A stretch of 64,000 nt of DNA from a virus (taxonomy: Duplodnaviria; Heunggongvirae; Uroviricota; Caudoviricetes), in the IMG/VR virus record IMGVR_UViG_3300042352_001190, positions 13,578-77,577 of that record; one strand, 5' to 3'. This document shows positions 1-10,142 of this stretch, in pieces (positions within the stretch are counted from its first letter, which is position 1; the number at the start of each line of letters is the position of its first letter). Under the pieces are notes generated by a model. It saw only the letters and a program-made list of their open reading frames with translations. It ran no database searches and was not told the origin of the DNA. The translations under genes and the position numbers were made by a program.

Positions 1-126
1 CGCTTTGGGGCCTTTGATGAAATTATCCTAAACCCAAAGGATGCTGATAAACTACAGAGAGTAGTTAATCATCTCAAAAATATAAAGAAACAACGTGAAA
101 AGAAAGTTAAGAGAACTGATGGATAA
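1..126 (+). CDS. 3' end of an upstream ORF (partial)
   Basis: Frame 1 is open from the window edge to TAA at 124-126. It overlaps 95..298 in another frame, so only one of the two may be real. Confidence 0.25.
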   Translation, partial: RFGAFDEIILNPKDADKLQRVVNHLKNIKKQREKKVKRTDG

Positions 127-298
127 ACTTGCTAAGAAGGCAGGATATCTAACAGTTGCTGAAGCTGAGAAACTTGTAGTAGAACAGCGCGAAAAATGCG
201 CAGTTAGAGCAAGTCACAGATTCCAACATGCTAAAAGCAATAGAGACATGTTTGGTGCAGTAATAAACACATGGTTAGTAACAGAAAAACACGACTAA
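95..298 (+). CDS. hypothetical small basic protein
   Basis: ORF track only; no recognisable motif. Confidence 0.3.
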   Translation: MKRKLRELMDKLAKKAGYLTVAEAEKLVVEQREKCAVRASHRFQHAKSNRDMFGAVINTWLVTEKHD

Positions 299-669
299 AA
301 AACATGCAAATTGCCTTAATTGCACACGATGGAAAAAAAGCCGAAATGGTTGCATTCCTAATGGAAAATCGTGATGCACTAAATGGAATTAATCTTATCT
401 CAACCGGAACTACCGGAAAATTCGTTGAGCAGGCAGGACTTCAGGTAACGCGAGTCCTGTCTGGCCCAATGGGTGGAGATGCACAAATTGCAACTAAGGT
501 TGCAGAAAAAGAAATCGGCGCTGTTATATTTTTTAGGGATCCGCTTGATGCCCATCCACACGAGCCCGATGTACAAATGCTTATGCGTATTTGTGATGTA
601 CATAATGTTCCACTTGCAACAAATCCTAGTTGCGCTCGCCTTATCCTAAAAGGCCTTCACAGTAATTGA
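271..669 (+). CDS. mgsA: methylglyoxal synthase
   Basis: IALIAHDGKK matches the His19/Asp20 region. GTTG is present. GPMGGDAQI carries the catalytic Asp. DPLDAHPHEPDV matches the PHDPD motif. The 132-aa length fits E. coli MgsA. Confidence 0.75.
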   Translation: MVSNRKTRLKNMQIALIAHDGKKAEMVAFLMENRDALNGINLISTGTTGKFVEQAGLQVTRVLSGPMGGDAQIATKVAEKEIGAVIFFRDPLDAHPHEPDVQMLMRICDVHNVPLATNPSCARLILKGLHSN

Positions 670-684
670 TAAATATTTCCAGTT

Positions 685-936
685 ATGCAATTTATAGAAT
701 TTTATATCACAACCTATAACTCAACCACAGAACGAGTTATTGATACTATCCTTACTCAATTAGCAGAGGGCGGTCATGTTAAAAAATGGAAAACCCATGC
801 TGACGAGTCAACTCTGCACTGGACGGTAACTGGTAGCTGGGCTGCCTATTCAACAGTTTCAGCTATTGATAAAAAGAAATCATTTTCTGAAGTAGAACCT
901 ATCCAGTTTAGTCTAGAACATTTCGAGGAAGATTAA
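685..936 (+). CDS. hypothetical protein
   Basis: ORF track only; intergenic spacing fits. Confidence 0.4.
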   Translation: MQFIEFYITTYNSTTERVIDTILTQLAEGGHVKKWKTHADESTLHWTVTGSWAAYSTVSAIDKKKSFSEVEPIQFSLEHFEED

Positions 937-1009
937 TAAACATAGTGTTAATAATTTGATAATCTCAAAGACAGTTATCAAATTAGAAGTTGGCAATAGA
1001 TAACACTAT

Positions 1010-1714
1010 ATGATTAGTACCAAATTAACAGTAGTTATTCCATGTAAAAACGAGGGCAATACAATTTATGCCTGCTTACTTGCTATCTCAAACCAAGTAA
1101 ATTCCCAAGATCTTTCCATCATTATTGCAGACAGTTCAGATAATCAAGAGTCTCTTGATATTTTAGCTAAATGTAAATCCGATTTTTCCAATTTAAATAT
1201 TCAAATAATTAGAGGTGGTTTTCCAGCTAAAGCTAGACTTGAGGGTTCTAAATTAGTTAAAACTGAATATCTTCTTTTTTTAGATGCAGATATTATGTTG
1301 ACAAATAAAGAAACCTTAACTCAATCTATTGTTTATTGTTGCGCAAATCCACATATTGATTTAGTAACAATTCCATTCTATACAGATCCTAAATGGAATT
1401 GGGTATTTAGAGCCTTTGAATTCTTTCAAAAGATTGGTCCAACTTTTGCAATTGGCGGATTTCAATTATGGAAAACTTCAGCATATTGGAGAGTTGGTGG
1501 ATACGATCCATCTGAAATCTTTGCAGAAGATTACTCAATTTCTTCTAAAGTAGATCGCTCTAATTTTAAAATGTTGAGATCCAGTTTTGCCTATACTTCG
1601 CCAAGAAGATTTGAAAATAAGGGGATCTTCTATATGTTTAGGTTAATGATATTAAGTTACTTTAACCGAAATAATCCAGAGTTTTTTAAAAAACACCATA
1701 ATTACTGGACATGA
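1010..1714 (+). CDS. family 2 glycosyltransferase (GT-A fold)
   Basis: N-terminal VVIPCKNE motif and a DAD (DxD) motif in LFLDADIML. Confidence 0.75.
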   Translation: MISTKLTVVIPCKNEGNTIYACLLAISNQVNSQDLSIIIADSSDNQESLDILAKCKSDFSNLNIQIIRGGFPAKARLEGSKLVKTEYLLFLDADIMLTNKETLTQSIVYCCANPHIDLVTIPFYTDPKWNWVFRAFEFFQKIGPTFAIGGFQLWKTSAYWRVGGYDPSEIFAEDYSISSKVDRSNFKMLRSSFAYTSPRRFENKGIFYMFRLMILSYFNRNNPEFFKKHHNYWT

Positions 1715-2454
1715 TGTATCAGTCAATAATTGTATCAGATCTTCATCTTGGTACAAAGGATTCTAAATGCGAAGAATTCTTAGAATTTTTAGATAAGCAT
1801 AAAACACAACAGCTAATTCTCAATGGAGATATTATAGATGGTTGGGCAATTAATAGAGGAGGCAAGTGGAGAAAAGAACACACTAAAGTTTTAGGTAAAC
1901 TCTTAAGACTCTCCAATGATATTCAAATTATTTGGATTAGAGGAAATCACGATGAATTCTTAACAGAATTTATTGGTAATGCCTTTGGCGGTATTGAGTT
2001 TAGAGAAGATTATCATCTACAATATTCTGAATGGATTGAATCTGATGTGTGGCAACGTAAAAACTATTATGTTTTTCATGGAGATGTAATTGATGTTTTT
2101 ATCACAAACTACAAGTGGTTAGCTAAAATTGGAGCAGTCGGTTATGACTTTGCACTATGGCTAAATCGAATCTATAATGGATATAGAAAATGGAGAAATC
2201 TTCCATACCAATCTATTTCACAAAAAATAAAGGCTGGCGTTAAAGTTGCAACTAATTATGTTAATGATTTTGAAGTAACTGCTCTACGAATGGCAGAAAA
2301 GAAAGGCTGCCATGGAGTTATATGTGGACATATCCACCAACCAGCTGACCGCTATATCAATGGACATCACTACCTAAACTCTGGAGATTGGGTCGAAAAC
2401 ATGTCTGCAATCCTAATTGATAACAAGGGGCACATCAAATTATATCAAGCTTAA
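1711..2454 (+). CDS. LpxH-family calcineurin-like metallophosphoesterase (UDP-2,3-diacylglucosamine pyrophosphatase-like)
   Basis: Motifs SDLHLG, GDIIDGW, GNHDE, FHGD, GHIHQP and GDW. A helical insertion sits between the GNHDE and FHGD motifs, as in LpxH. A 4-nt overlap with the GT2 gene suggests an operon. Confidence 0.65.
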   Translation: MMYQSIIVSDLHLGTKDSKCEEFLEFLDKHKTQQLILNGDIIDGWAINRGGKWRKEHTKVLGKLLRLSNDIQIIWIRGNHDEFLTEFIGNAFGGIEFREDYHLQYSEWIESDVWQRKNYYVFHGDVIDVFITNYKWLAKIGAVGYDFALWLNRIYNGYRKWRNLPYQSISQKIKAGVKVATNYVNDFEVTALRMAEKKGCHGVICGHIHQPADRYINGHHYLNSGDWVENMSAILIDNKGHIKLYQA

Positions 2455-2485
2455 ACTCTTTTAAATTGAGCCAGTATAATATTCC

Positions 2486-2590
2486 ATGAAATGGAAAAAA
2501 TATAACTGGTCATTTGCCATTACTTGGACACTAGTGCTAATTATCGGCGGCCTTATTTGGTGGAAAATAATTTCCTGGCTAATCTCTTAG
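2486..2590 (+). CDS. possible 34-aa single-TM micropeptide
   Basis: ATG-to-TAG frame in a 180-nt intergenic gap, hydrophobic core ITWTLVLIIGGLIWW. It is directly preceded by an agtataata promoter-like motif. Below the ORF-track cutoff. Confidence 0.25.
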   Translation: MKWKKYNWSFAITWTLVLIIGGLIWWKIISWLIS

Positions 2591-2638
2591 CCCAAACCCA
2601 AGATCATTGGGTATATTAATTTAAATTACGTCTAATAG

Positions 2639-4474
2639 ATGGCATCAACTAAAGAAATAAGTAAGAAATACCAGCTACTCGATGAGATCGAGCACGTCCT
2701 AAAAAGACCTGGCATGTATATTGGTTCAACTAAACCTCATACAAGTCAGGAATGGATTCTTAAAGATGGTATGTATGAGAAAGAGGAATTGACTTACAAT
2801 CCTGGCTTTCTAAAGTTATTCGATGAGATTATTTCAAACTCAGTCGATGAGCATAAACGCTCAGGTAAAATTAACCAAATCAAAGTTGTTATTAAAGACA
2901 ACCTAATTTCTGTTTGGGATAATGGTGGAATTCCAGTAGTTCAGCATCCCGAACATAAGGTTTGGATTCCCGAATTAATCTTTTCTAATCTTAGAGCAGG
3001 TTCTAATTTCAATGATGACGAAGGCCGAACTGTGGCTGGAACAAATGGAGTCGGTGCTTCGCTAGTTAATATCTTTTCTAATAAATTTAAGATTGAAACG
3101 GCTGATGGTAAAAAGAGATTAGTTCAGCTCTTTACTAAAAACATGTCAGTTAAAGGAGATGCAAAGATTTCTGCATCAAATCAAGGTTTTACTGAAATTT
3201 CATATGAACCAGATTTAAGTAGATTTGAAATGAAATCTCTTGATGAGGCTCATATTAAAATGATGCGTAAGCGCGTTATTGATATTGCAGCAGCAAATCC
3301 TGGCCTTAAACTAGAATTTAATGGAGAGAAATTTAGATTTAAGAATTTTAAAGAATATGTTGAGCTCTATGTTCAAGCTCCAATTTGGGAAAAGAGCGAG
3401 CACTGGGAATTTGCAGTAGGACATTCAAAAGATGGTTATCAATCTATTTCATTTGTTAATTCAATTGAAACTAAAGATGGTGGTACCCATGAAAATTATA
3501 TCCTAAATCAGGTAATTGAAGATTTAAGAGTCCTAATTAAAAAGAAACATAAAGTTGAAGTTAAACCTTCAGAAATCCGTAATCATGTTTTCTTATTCAT
3601 AAACTGTACAGTAATTAATCCTGCATTTTCGTCTCAAACTAAAGAGAAACTAATTACAGAACCTAAAGAATTTGGAACATCTCATACTGTTTCAGAAAAA
3701 TTTGCTAAAGCAGTTTTTGCATCAGAAATTATTGAATCTCTTTTAGATTGGATTCAACAAAAGAAACAAGCTGAAGAACGTGCAGAATTACGCAAGCTTA
3801 ATAAATCTCTTTCAACAACAAAGGTTCTTAAATTAATTGATGCTAAAGGAAAGGACCGAAACAAATGTTCGCTTGGAATATTTGAAGGTATGTCAGCTCT
3901 TTCGGCAGTTCGTAAGTTTAGGGATCCTCAAGTATTTGGCGCATTTCCACTTAAAGGTAAATTCCTAAATGTGAGTGAAATGAAGAATACTGAAGTTATT
4001 AAGAATGATGAGGTAGTTCAGTTAATGGCATCGCTAGGAATTAAATTAGGCGAGGAACCTAAAGAGATGAGATACAATAAAATCTTAATCTATACTGATG
4101 CTGATCCAGATGGAGACTCTATTGCTGGTCTCTTAATTAACTTCTTTAATAAGTATTGGCCAGAACTGGTAACTGAAGGAAAGATCTTTAAGGTAATGAC
4201 TCCATTGGTTGTAGCAAAGAAAGGAAAAGAAATTATGCCATTCTATACAGCAGATGATTATCTAAAATGGGAAGCTAAAACAAAGATGGCTGGCTGGAAT
4301 GTTGAATACAAAAAAGGTCTTGCTGCTCTAGAAGATGATGAGTATCGCGAAATTATTCATAACCCAAATTTAGTACAATTAACTAACGATAAACAAGCAA
4401 AGCAATCTTTAGAAGACTGGTTCGGAAATGATTCAGCTCCTCGTAAAGAACGTCTTTTACAATTTTCAATATGA
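2639..4474 (+). CDS. type II DNA topoisomerase large subunit (T4 gp39/gp60-like, GyrB-like ATPase plus Toprim)
   Basis: YQLLDEIEHVLKRPGMYIGS is a GHKL ATPase N-terminus. DADPDGDSIAGLL is a Toprim motif. The 611-aa length fits a fused gp39/60. Confidence 0.85.
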   Translation: MASTKEISKKYQLLDEIEHVLKRPGMYIGSTKPHTSQEWILKDGMYEKEELTYNPGFLKLFDEIISNSVDEHKRSGKINQIKVVIKDNLISVWDNGGIPVVQHPEHKVWIPELIFSNLRAGSNFNDDEGRTVAGTNGVGASLVNIFSNKFKIETADGKKRLVQLFTKNMSVKGDAKISASNQGFTEISYEPDLSRFEMKSLDEAHIKMMRKRVIDIAAANPGLKLEFNGEKFRFKNFKEYVELYVQAPIWEKSEHWEFAVGHSKDGYQSISFVNSIETKDGGTHENYILNQVIEDLRVLIKKKHKVEVKPSEIRNHVFLFINCTVINPAFSSQTKEKLITEPKEFGTSHTVSEKFAKAVFASEIIESLLDWIQQKKQAEERAELRKLNKSLSTTKVLKLIDAKGKDRNKCSLGIFEGMSALSAVRKFRDPQVFGAFPLKGKFLNVSEMKNTEVIKNDEVVQLMASLGIKLGEEPKEMRYNKILIYTDADPDGDSIAGLLINFFNKYWPELVTEGKIFKVMTPLVVAKKGKEIMPFYTADDYLKWEAKTKMAGWNVEYKKGLAALEDDEYREIIHNPNLVQLTNDKQAKQSLEDWFGNDSAPRKERLLQFSI

Positions 4475-5823
4475 TTAAAGCAGAATTAAAATCAGTATCG
4501 CAATTTCTAGATCAAGACTATGCAGCTTATGGTATGTATACTCTTGAAAATAGAGCTATTCCTTCAGTTATTGATGGATTCAAACCAACTCAGCGTAAAA
4601 TTATTTTTATTGCAGACAAAGTTTGGAAAGGTTCTAATGATAAACCACTAAAGATATTTCAATTAGGTGGTCGAATTGCAGCCGATGCTCACTATCACCA
4701 TGGAGATGGATCTCTTAATGGAGCTATTATTGGAATGGCTCAATCATTTAAGAATTCCCTTCCTCTATTAGATGAGGTTGGTCAGTTTGGATCTCTTCGT
4801 TCGCCAGAAGCTGGAGCTCCTCGTTATATTTCAACGAAACTTACCCCTAATTTTAGATTACTCTATAAGGATTTTGAACTCTTAACTTCTCAAATTGAAG
4901 AGGGTAATGAAATTGAACCTAAATATTTCTTACCAATTATTCCAACTGTTCTCCTAAATGGAAGTTCTGGTATTGCAGTAGGATTTGCAACTAATATCTT
5001 AAATAGAAATCCTGTTCAACTAATTGATGCATGCACTAAAGTATTAGATGGCAAAAAGATTGGCGAGCTACTTCCTTGGTTTAAAGATTTTAATGGACCA
5101 ATCTCTAGAATTGGAGATAATCAATATCAATTTAAAGGAGTTGCTCGAGTAGTTAATACTACAACTGTTGAAATTACTGAACTACCTCCATCAATGACAT
5201 TCCAAAAATACGAGAATCATCTTAATGCTTTACAGGAAAAGGGAATTATTTTCTCTTATGAAGATAATTGCTCTAATGGAATTTCATATACGCTAAAGTT
5301 TCAAAGAGCCAAGCTTGCTGAATTAGTTGCTAAAGACAAATTGGAGTCTACTCTTAAATTAGTTGAGACTGAAAGCGAAAACTTAACTTGTCTTGATGAA
5401 AGAGGTAAGCTTAAAATATTTTCAAGTCTACCTGAATTAGTTGACTACTTTGTAAAATTCCGTTTAACTTATTATGATAAGCGTAAAGCCTACTTAATTG
5501 ATACTCTAGAAAAAGAATTAGTGTATCTTTCAAATAGAGCTCGATTTATCAAGATGATTATTGATGGTAAACTTAAATTAGGTAATCGACCTAAACAAGA
5601 AATCGTTACTGAATTAGATGAACTTAAGTTCGACAGAATTAATTCAAGTTTCGATTACTTATTAGGTATGCAGATTCAAACCTTAACTAAAGAAAAATAC
5701 GAGCAATTAGTAAATGAAGTTAAAGACAAAACTGCAGAATTAGTAGTTGTAAAGAAGACTGCTCCTATTGATATGTATAGAACTGATCTTGCAGAATTAA
5801 AGAAGAACCTTAAGACTAAATAA
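4471..5823 (+). CDS. type II DNA topoisomerase medium subunit (T4 gp52-like, GyrA-like)
   Basis: NRAIPSVIDGFKPTQRKII matches the GyrA/ParC breakage-reunion motif. Overlap with the upstream gene suggests translational coupling. Confidence 0.8.
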   Translation: MIKAELKSVSQFLDQDYAAYGMYTLENRAIPSVIDGFKPTQRKIIFIADKVWKGSNDKPLKIFQLGGRIAADAHYHHGDGSLNGAIIGMAQSFKNSLPLLDEVGQFGSLRSPEAGAPRYISTKLTPNFRLLYKDFELLTSQIEEGNEIEPKYFLPIIPTVLLNGSSGIAVGFATNILNRNPVQLIDACTKVLDGKKIGELLPWFKDFNGPISRIGDNQYQFKGVARVVNTTTVEITELPPSMTFQKYENHLNALQEKGIIFSYEDNCSNGISYTLKFQRAKLAELVAKDKLESTLKLVETESENLTCLDERGKLKIFSSLPELVDYFVKFRLTYYDKRKAYLIDTLEKELVYLSNRARFIKMIIDGKLKLGNRPKQEIVTELDELKFDRINSSFDYLLGMQIQTLTKEKYEQLVNEVKDKTAELVVVKKTAPIDMYRTDLAELKKNLKTK

Positions 5824-6047
5824 TGTACGATTACGAGATTATTATTAGAAAGAGAGGATTAACTCCAGATGAAACCGTTCAAGTTGCAGTTAGACTAACA
5901 GAAGAAATGGTTGAGAACTCGTCAATTGATATTTTAGACATGTCATTTCAAAAGTTAAAGGAGGATCTTTATAAAAATCTTCCAGTAAAATTTAAAACAA
6001 TATACAAACGTGAAGTTTTTGAATCAACACCCTATCAAGAAATCTGA
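5823..6047 (+). CDS. hypothetical protein
   Basis: ORF track; start abuts the upstream stop. Confidence 0.35.
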   Translation: MYDYEIIIRKRGLTPDETVQVAVRLTEEMVENSSIDILDMSFQKLKEDLYKNLPVKFKTIYKREVFESTPYQEI

Positions 6048-6417
6048 TCTAGGATTTCATGGTAATCTATTTGGAGGTAAACTCCTAGCTTGGATTGATG
6101 CAGCAGCAGCCGGTTATGCAATGGAATATGCACATAATCGCAGAATGGTTACAGTTAAAATTGATGAGTGCGTCTTTAAGAAGCCAGCAAAAGAAGGAAG
6201 TCTACTTAAGATTTATGGTTCTATAACAAAGGTTGGAAATACTAGCATTACACTCTACATGGAGGCACGATCCTTTAATGTCTATACGCACGAAGAAGAT
6301 ATTGTTTTATCTACTCACATTACATTTGTTAGAATAGATGAAGATGGCAATCCTATTCCAATTTCAGATAAGGTTCGAAATGGCTTCCATTATGAAGTAG
6401 CAGCAGAAGATAAATAA
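6010..6417 (+). CDS. hotdog-fold acyl-CoA thioesterase (YciA/4HBT-like)
   Basis: GNLFGGKLLAWIDAAAAGYA resembles the YciA-type hotdog thioesterase core. Confidence 0.6.
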   Translation: MKFLNQHPIKKSDLGFHGNLFGGKLLAWIDAAAAGYAMEYAHNRRMVTVKIDECVFKKPAKEGSLLKIYGSITKVGNTSITLYMEARSFNVYTHEEDIVLSTHITFVRIDEDGNPIPISDKVRNGFHYEVAAEDK

Positions 6418-6439
6418 TTCTGAAAAAAGCATTAAATAT

Positions 6440-7327
6440 ATGTCAATCGTAACCAATTTCGATAAGTTTAACGTAAACGAGGAAGATAAAGAAGTTCCTA
6501 CTCCAGCGGCAGCTCCGGCTGAAGATCCTGCAGCTGAACCAGGTGCAGCACCTGCTGAAGAACCAGCCCCGGCTGAAGAGCCTACCGCTGAGGATGCTCC
6601 AAAAGAAGAAGTTAAAGCTGACGAGCCACAAGCAGAAGATCATGACTACTATTTTACATGGTATGGTTGGGTTCCTAGCTATGGAGATTTTGATCAAGAT
6701 TGGATGTTAGTTAAAGCCAAATCTGATACTGAAGCTATTGAAAAATTATCAGAGTATAAGCCTCTTCAATATTCTAAAGGTGGAGTTGGACTTGATACAC
6801 TAGATGGAGAAAAACCTAAAGGTGCAACAAGCGGTGGATGGGAAGAACAAGAAGATGGATCTAAGATTTCAAAATCAATTGAAGTTGATTTTAAAAATAA
6901 GAAATTTGTTCTAAACGTTACAACATATCCAAAGGATCACTTTACAAATCCTAAGGAAAATCCTAAGAAAAACGAAAAGCAAGACATTGAACCATTCTTT
7001 AGCGGAGATGGTAAAGCAAACGAAAGTATTGAAGAGCCAATGGCAATTTCTCTTGAAGAAAAATACGATGCATTTGTAGATGCAATCCGCCAAAGTGGTA
7101 AAGGTGCAAAGATTACTTTAACACCAAATGATATTATTGTTGAATTTGGATTTGATTATCCAGATGAATTAGCTGAACTTGCATTTGAAGCAGCTGAACA
7201 ATTAGGAATTTCAAGTAGAGAACTTTCAGTTTGTGCAGAATCTAGTGGACATAAATCTATTAAGATCGATAGAGTTAATGGTGGTCCTAAAAACTGGAGT
7301 ATGCTAAACAGATACGGTCGTCGTTAA
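6440..7327 (+). CDS. acidic protein with a Pro/Ala/Glu-rich low-complexity N-terminus
   Basis: PAAAPAEDPAAEPGAAPAEEPAPAEEP tract; no enzymatic motif. Confidence 0.5.
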   Translation: MSIVTNFDKFNVNEEDKEVPTPAAAPAEDPAAEPGAAPAEEPAPAEEPTAEDAPKEEVKADEPQAEDHDYYFTWYGWVPSYGDFDQDWMLVKAKSDTEAIEKLSEYKPLQYSKGGVGLDTLDGEKPKGATSGGWEEQEDGSKISKSIEVDFKNKKFVLNVTTYPKDHFTNPKENPKKNEKQDIEPFFSGDGKANESIEEPMAISLEEKYDAFVDAIRQSGKGAKITLTPNDIIVEFGFDYPDELAELAFEAAEQLGISSRELSVCAESSGHKSIKIDRVNGGPKNWSMLNRYGRR

Positions 7328-7397
7328 TAATTTAATTGTCCAACTTTCGTAATCTAATCTTTCTTTTTTAGTATAATATCTTAACATACTAATTATA

Positions 7398-8129
7398 ATG
7401 ATTATGAAACTTGGACAATTTTTCTGTTCTTTGGTTGGCATTAAAAAGAGATCCTTTTATGTAGGAGAACTCTATTTTACAATTACAAAGGAATCTCCAT
7501 ATTATAGATCAGGCGGAGATATTTTAAACAATGTACATTTTGAATTTCTTGGTCTCTACTTTGCAAGTAGGTTAAAGAAGCGTAAAACTAAAAACGGTTT
7601 TAGAAAAGATCAGAAGCTCATTCGAGTTTTTGAATCAACTTGTGGAGTTAAGGTAGGTAATTACCGAGTTAATGATAATTCTGGAAATTCATATGATGAT
7701 TGGACTCTACCTGATGCAGTAACAACTCCAACTAGCAATCGCTTTGTTGGAACTCTTGATGATTGTTATTGGCTTCTTGAACAATCAATAGTTGTATGTA
7801 ATGAATTTCCCAGTGCAGGATATTCCCTAAAGAATAATTCATGGATCGGTTGGTCGCATAGAGCTAAAGCAGCTTTTAAAAAAGGCGATAGACTTTTTGA
7901 TCAAACCTATAAACCAGTTGAGTCTGATTATACTGAAGAAGAGTGGACTAAATATTCGAAGGCCTATCAAAAAAGTCTAAATAGTGCAGTTGACGAGTTA
8001 GATAAAAAATGGATTATCGAAGATGGAATTTCTCATGTGATTCCATTTAAACAAAGAGGCCCAAAGATTATTGAAACTAATCAAGAAGCTAAACAAGCCG
8101 CAATTAATTTTTCTAAATACGTATCATAA
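7398..8129 (+). CDS. hypothetical protein
   Basis: ORF track only. Confidence 0.45.
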   Translation: MIMKLGQFFCSLVGIKKRSFYVGELYFTITKESPYYRSGGDILNNVHFEFLGLYFASRLKKRKTKNGFRKDQKLIRVFESTCGVKVGNYRVNDNSGNSYDDWTLPDAVTTPTSNRFVGTLDDCYWLLEQSIVVCNEFPSAGYSLKNNSWIGWSHRAKAAFKKGDRLFDQTYKPVESDYTEEEWTKYSKAYQKSLNSAVDELDKKWIIEDGISHVIPFKQRGPKIIETNQEAKQAAINFSKYVS

Positions 8130-8434
8130 TGAATTTAACAAATGAATTCCAATCAATTAGAGATTGGGCAGAAGACAAAGGAATCTACGCTAAAGGCGAT
8201 CCTAAAACACAATACATTAAACTATGCGAAGAGATGGGAGAGCTTGCTCAATCCCTCTTAAAACAGGATGAAGCTGAATTTAAAGATGCAATTGGAGATT
8301 GTGTCGTAGTCTTAACTAACCTTGCCAAATTAAAGGGTTATACAATTGAAGAGTGCATTAACGGATCATATGATGTTATTGCAAAGCGTACGGGTAAAAT
8401 GGTTAATGGAACCTTTGTTAAAGAACAAAACTAA
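8129..8434 (+). CDS. MazG-like nucleoside triphosphate pyrophosphohydrolase
   Basis: All-alpha NTP-PPase signature KLCEEMGELAQSL ... EEFKDAIGDCVVVLTNLA, including the EExxE/D metal-binding pattern. Confidence 0.7.
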   Translation: MNLTNEFQSIRDWAEDKGIYAKGDPKTQYIKLCEEMGELAQSLLKQDEAEFKDAIGDCVVVLTNLAKLKGYTIEECINGSYDVIAKRTGKMVNGTFVKEQN

Positions 8435-8436
8435 TA

Positions 8437-9405
8437 ATGAAAGAATATAAACTTTTCTCAATCGACGGTCGTCCAATTGCAAGCGAAATTTGCGAGCATC
8501 TTTCACAACTAACTGAATCCGATATTAGAGTCGGTAAATTTAAAATTGATCAATTTTCTGATGGAGAATTTAGCCCTCAGTTTTTAGAATCAATTAGAGA
8601 CAAGTCTGTATTTTTAATAACTACTTTAACTAGCTCAGATGCAATTGTTAAATTAGTTCTTTCAATCGATGCCGCTAAACGTGCATCAGCCTCGGAGGTT
8701 ATTGTAATACTTCCATATATGGCATACTCAAGACAAGATCGAAGAGAGGGTCATCGTGGTGCAATTGGAGCAAAGGCTATTGCCGATCTTATTAAAAATT
8801 CTGGAGCTGACAAAGCAATCCTATTTGATCTACATTCAGAACAAATTCAAGGTTTCTTTGATATGCCAGTTGAGCATATTCCAGGTTGGGTTGCATTTAC
8901 TGAATATGTTCAAGAACTAGATCCAACTTGTGATTGGACAGTCTGCTCGCCAGATGCAGGTGGAGTTAAACGTGCAAATCGTTTTTATCAACACTTTGTT
9001 AAAACTCATGAGACTGCAACCTTTTCAATGCTCTCTAAACTAAGAGACAAACCAAATTCAATTGAGCGCATGGATCTAATCGGAGATGTTAATGGTCGCT
9101 GTGTAATCTTAATTGATGATATGGTCGATACAGGCGGAACTCTTTTGCTTGCCGCAAAACTCCTAAAAGAAGCAGGTGCGCTGAAGGTTCACGCAATCTG
9201 TACACATGGAGTCCTATCTGGACCAGCTTATGAAAGACTAAGCGGAGAAAATGGCAAGTACCTAGATTCTCTCGTAATTAGTACTTCAATTCCAACTAAC
9301 TTCCACGAAAAAATCAAAACTATAAGCTGTGCAAAACCCATTGCTAAAACTATTTTTGCAATGACCAAATCTGTATCAGTTGCACAAACACTATTACCAG
9401 TATGA
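8437..9405 (+). CDS. prs: ribose-phosphate pyrophosphokinase family protein (PRPP synthetase or a related pyrophosphokinase)
   Basis: KFSDGEFSPQFLESIRDKSVFLI matches the Prs N-domain. VILIDDMVDTGGTL matches the PRPP-binding loop. Confidence 0.8.
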   Translation: MKEYKLFSIDGRPIASEICEHLSQLTESDIRVGKFKIDQFSDGEFSPQFLESIRDKSVFLITTLTSSDAIVKLVLSIDAAKRASASEVIVILPYMAYSRQDRREGHRGAIGAKAIADLIKNSGADKAILFDLHSEQIQGFFDMPVEHIPGWVAFTEYVQELDPTCDWTVCSPDAGGVKRANRFYQHFVKTHETATFSMLSKLRDKPNSIERMDLIGDVNGRCVILIDDMVDTGGTLLLAAKLLKEAGALKVHAICTHGVLSGPAYERLSGENGKYLDSLVISTSIPTNFHEKIKTISCAKPIAKTIFAMTKSVSVAQTLLPV

Positions 9406-10136
9406 AGAAATTAATTTTTATATTAGCCCTATTGCCAAGTTTGGTAATAGCTCAAACCCAAACCTATTCGCTTAATGGCATGTTAAATATTGGAAACCGT
9501 GCTGGTTACTTGATTGGAGCTAAAGGCGAATACAAATCAAAGGACACTGGCAAACTTGGTTTAATTAGTAATGCAGCTGGTCAAATTCAATATGCATCAG
9601 TCAATGATGTAATGGTTTTACAAAGACGTGATATTAACCTTTCTGTTTATGGCTGGAAGACTCTGGATAAGGTCCAGTCACTTATATTATTTAGCGAAGG
9701 GGAACATTCATATACCAGAAAGGTTGAATTCAGGGTGACCGGAGGGGCTGGTTATAAGCGAGTTTTAGTAGATGTTCCTGGTAAAAAGATAGAAGTTTCT
9801 CAAGCAGTTACGACCGAGCAGCTTCAGCTAATAGATGGAAATCGTACTTGGACTATCCGTAGTTCGACCAGAGGTAAGATTGTTTTGGGTACATTAACTA
9901 AGTTAACCATTATTGCTAATCTACAGCCGCCATTGGCCTCCAATACTGGAGCAGACGTTCGTAATAACATGGTAGGCAGAGTTATTGCTCAATTGGAGCA
10001 CCCTCTATCAAAAAGCCTATCATTTTCAATTGGCGGAGATGTAAACTATCAAACCTATCAGTCTTGGGTTAAACCTGAGGTCAAGCCTTATGACGGGGTT
10101 ATCCAGCTCGGCCTGGTATGGAAGCCGAATAAATAA
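9402..10136 (+). CDS. secreted beta-rich protein, possible outer-membrane beta-barrel
   Basis: Signal peptide MKKLIFILALLPSLVIAQTQ, then alternating hydrophobic/polar strands to the C-terminus. Confidence 0.5.
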   Translation: MKKLIFILALLPSLVIAQTQTYSLNGMLNIGNRAGYLIGAKGEYKSKDTGKLGLISNAAGQIQYASVNDVMVLQRRDINLSVYGWKTLDKVQSLILFSEGEHSYTRKVEFRVTGGAGYKRVLVDVPGKKIEVSQAVTTEQLQLIDGNRTWTIRSSTRGKIVLGTLTKLTIIANLQPPLASNTGADVRNNMVGRVIAQLEHPLSKSLSFSIGGDVNYQTYQSWVKPEVKPYDGVIQLGLVWKPNK

Positions 10137-10142
10137 TTTTAT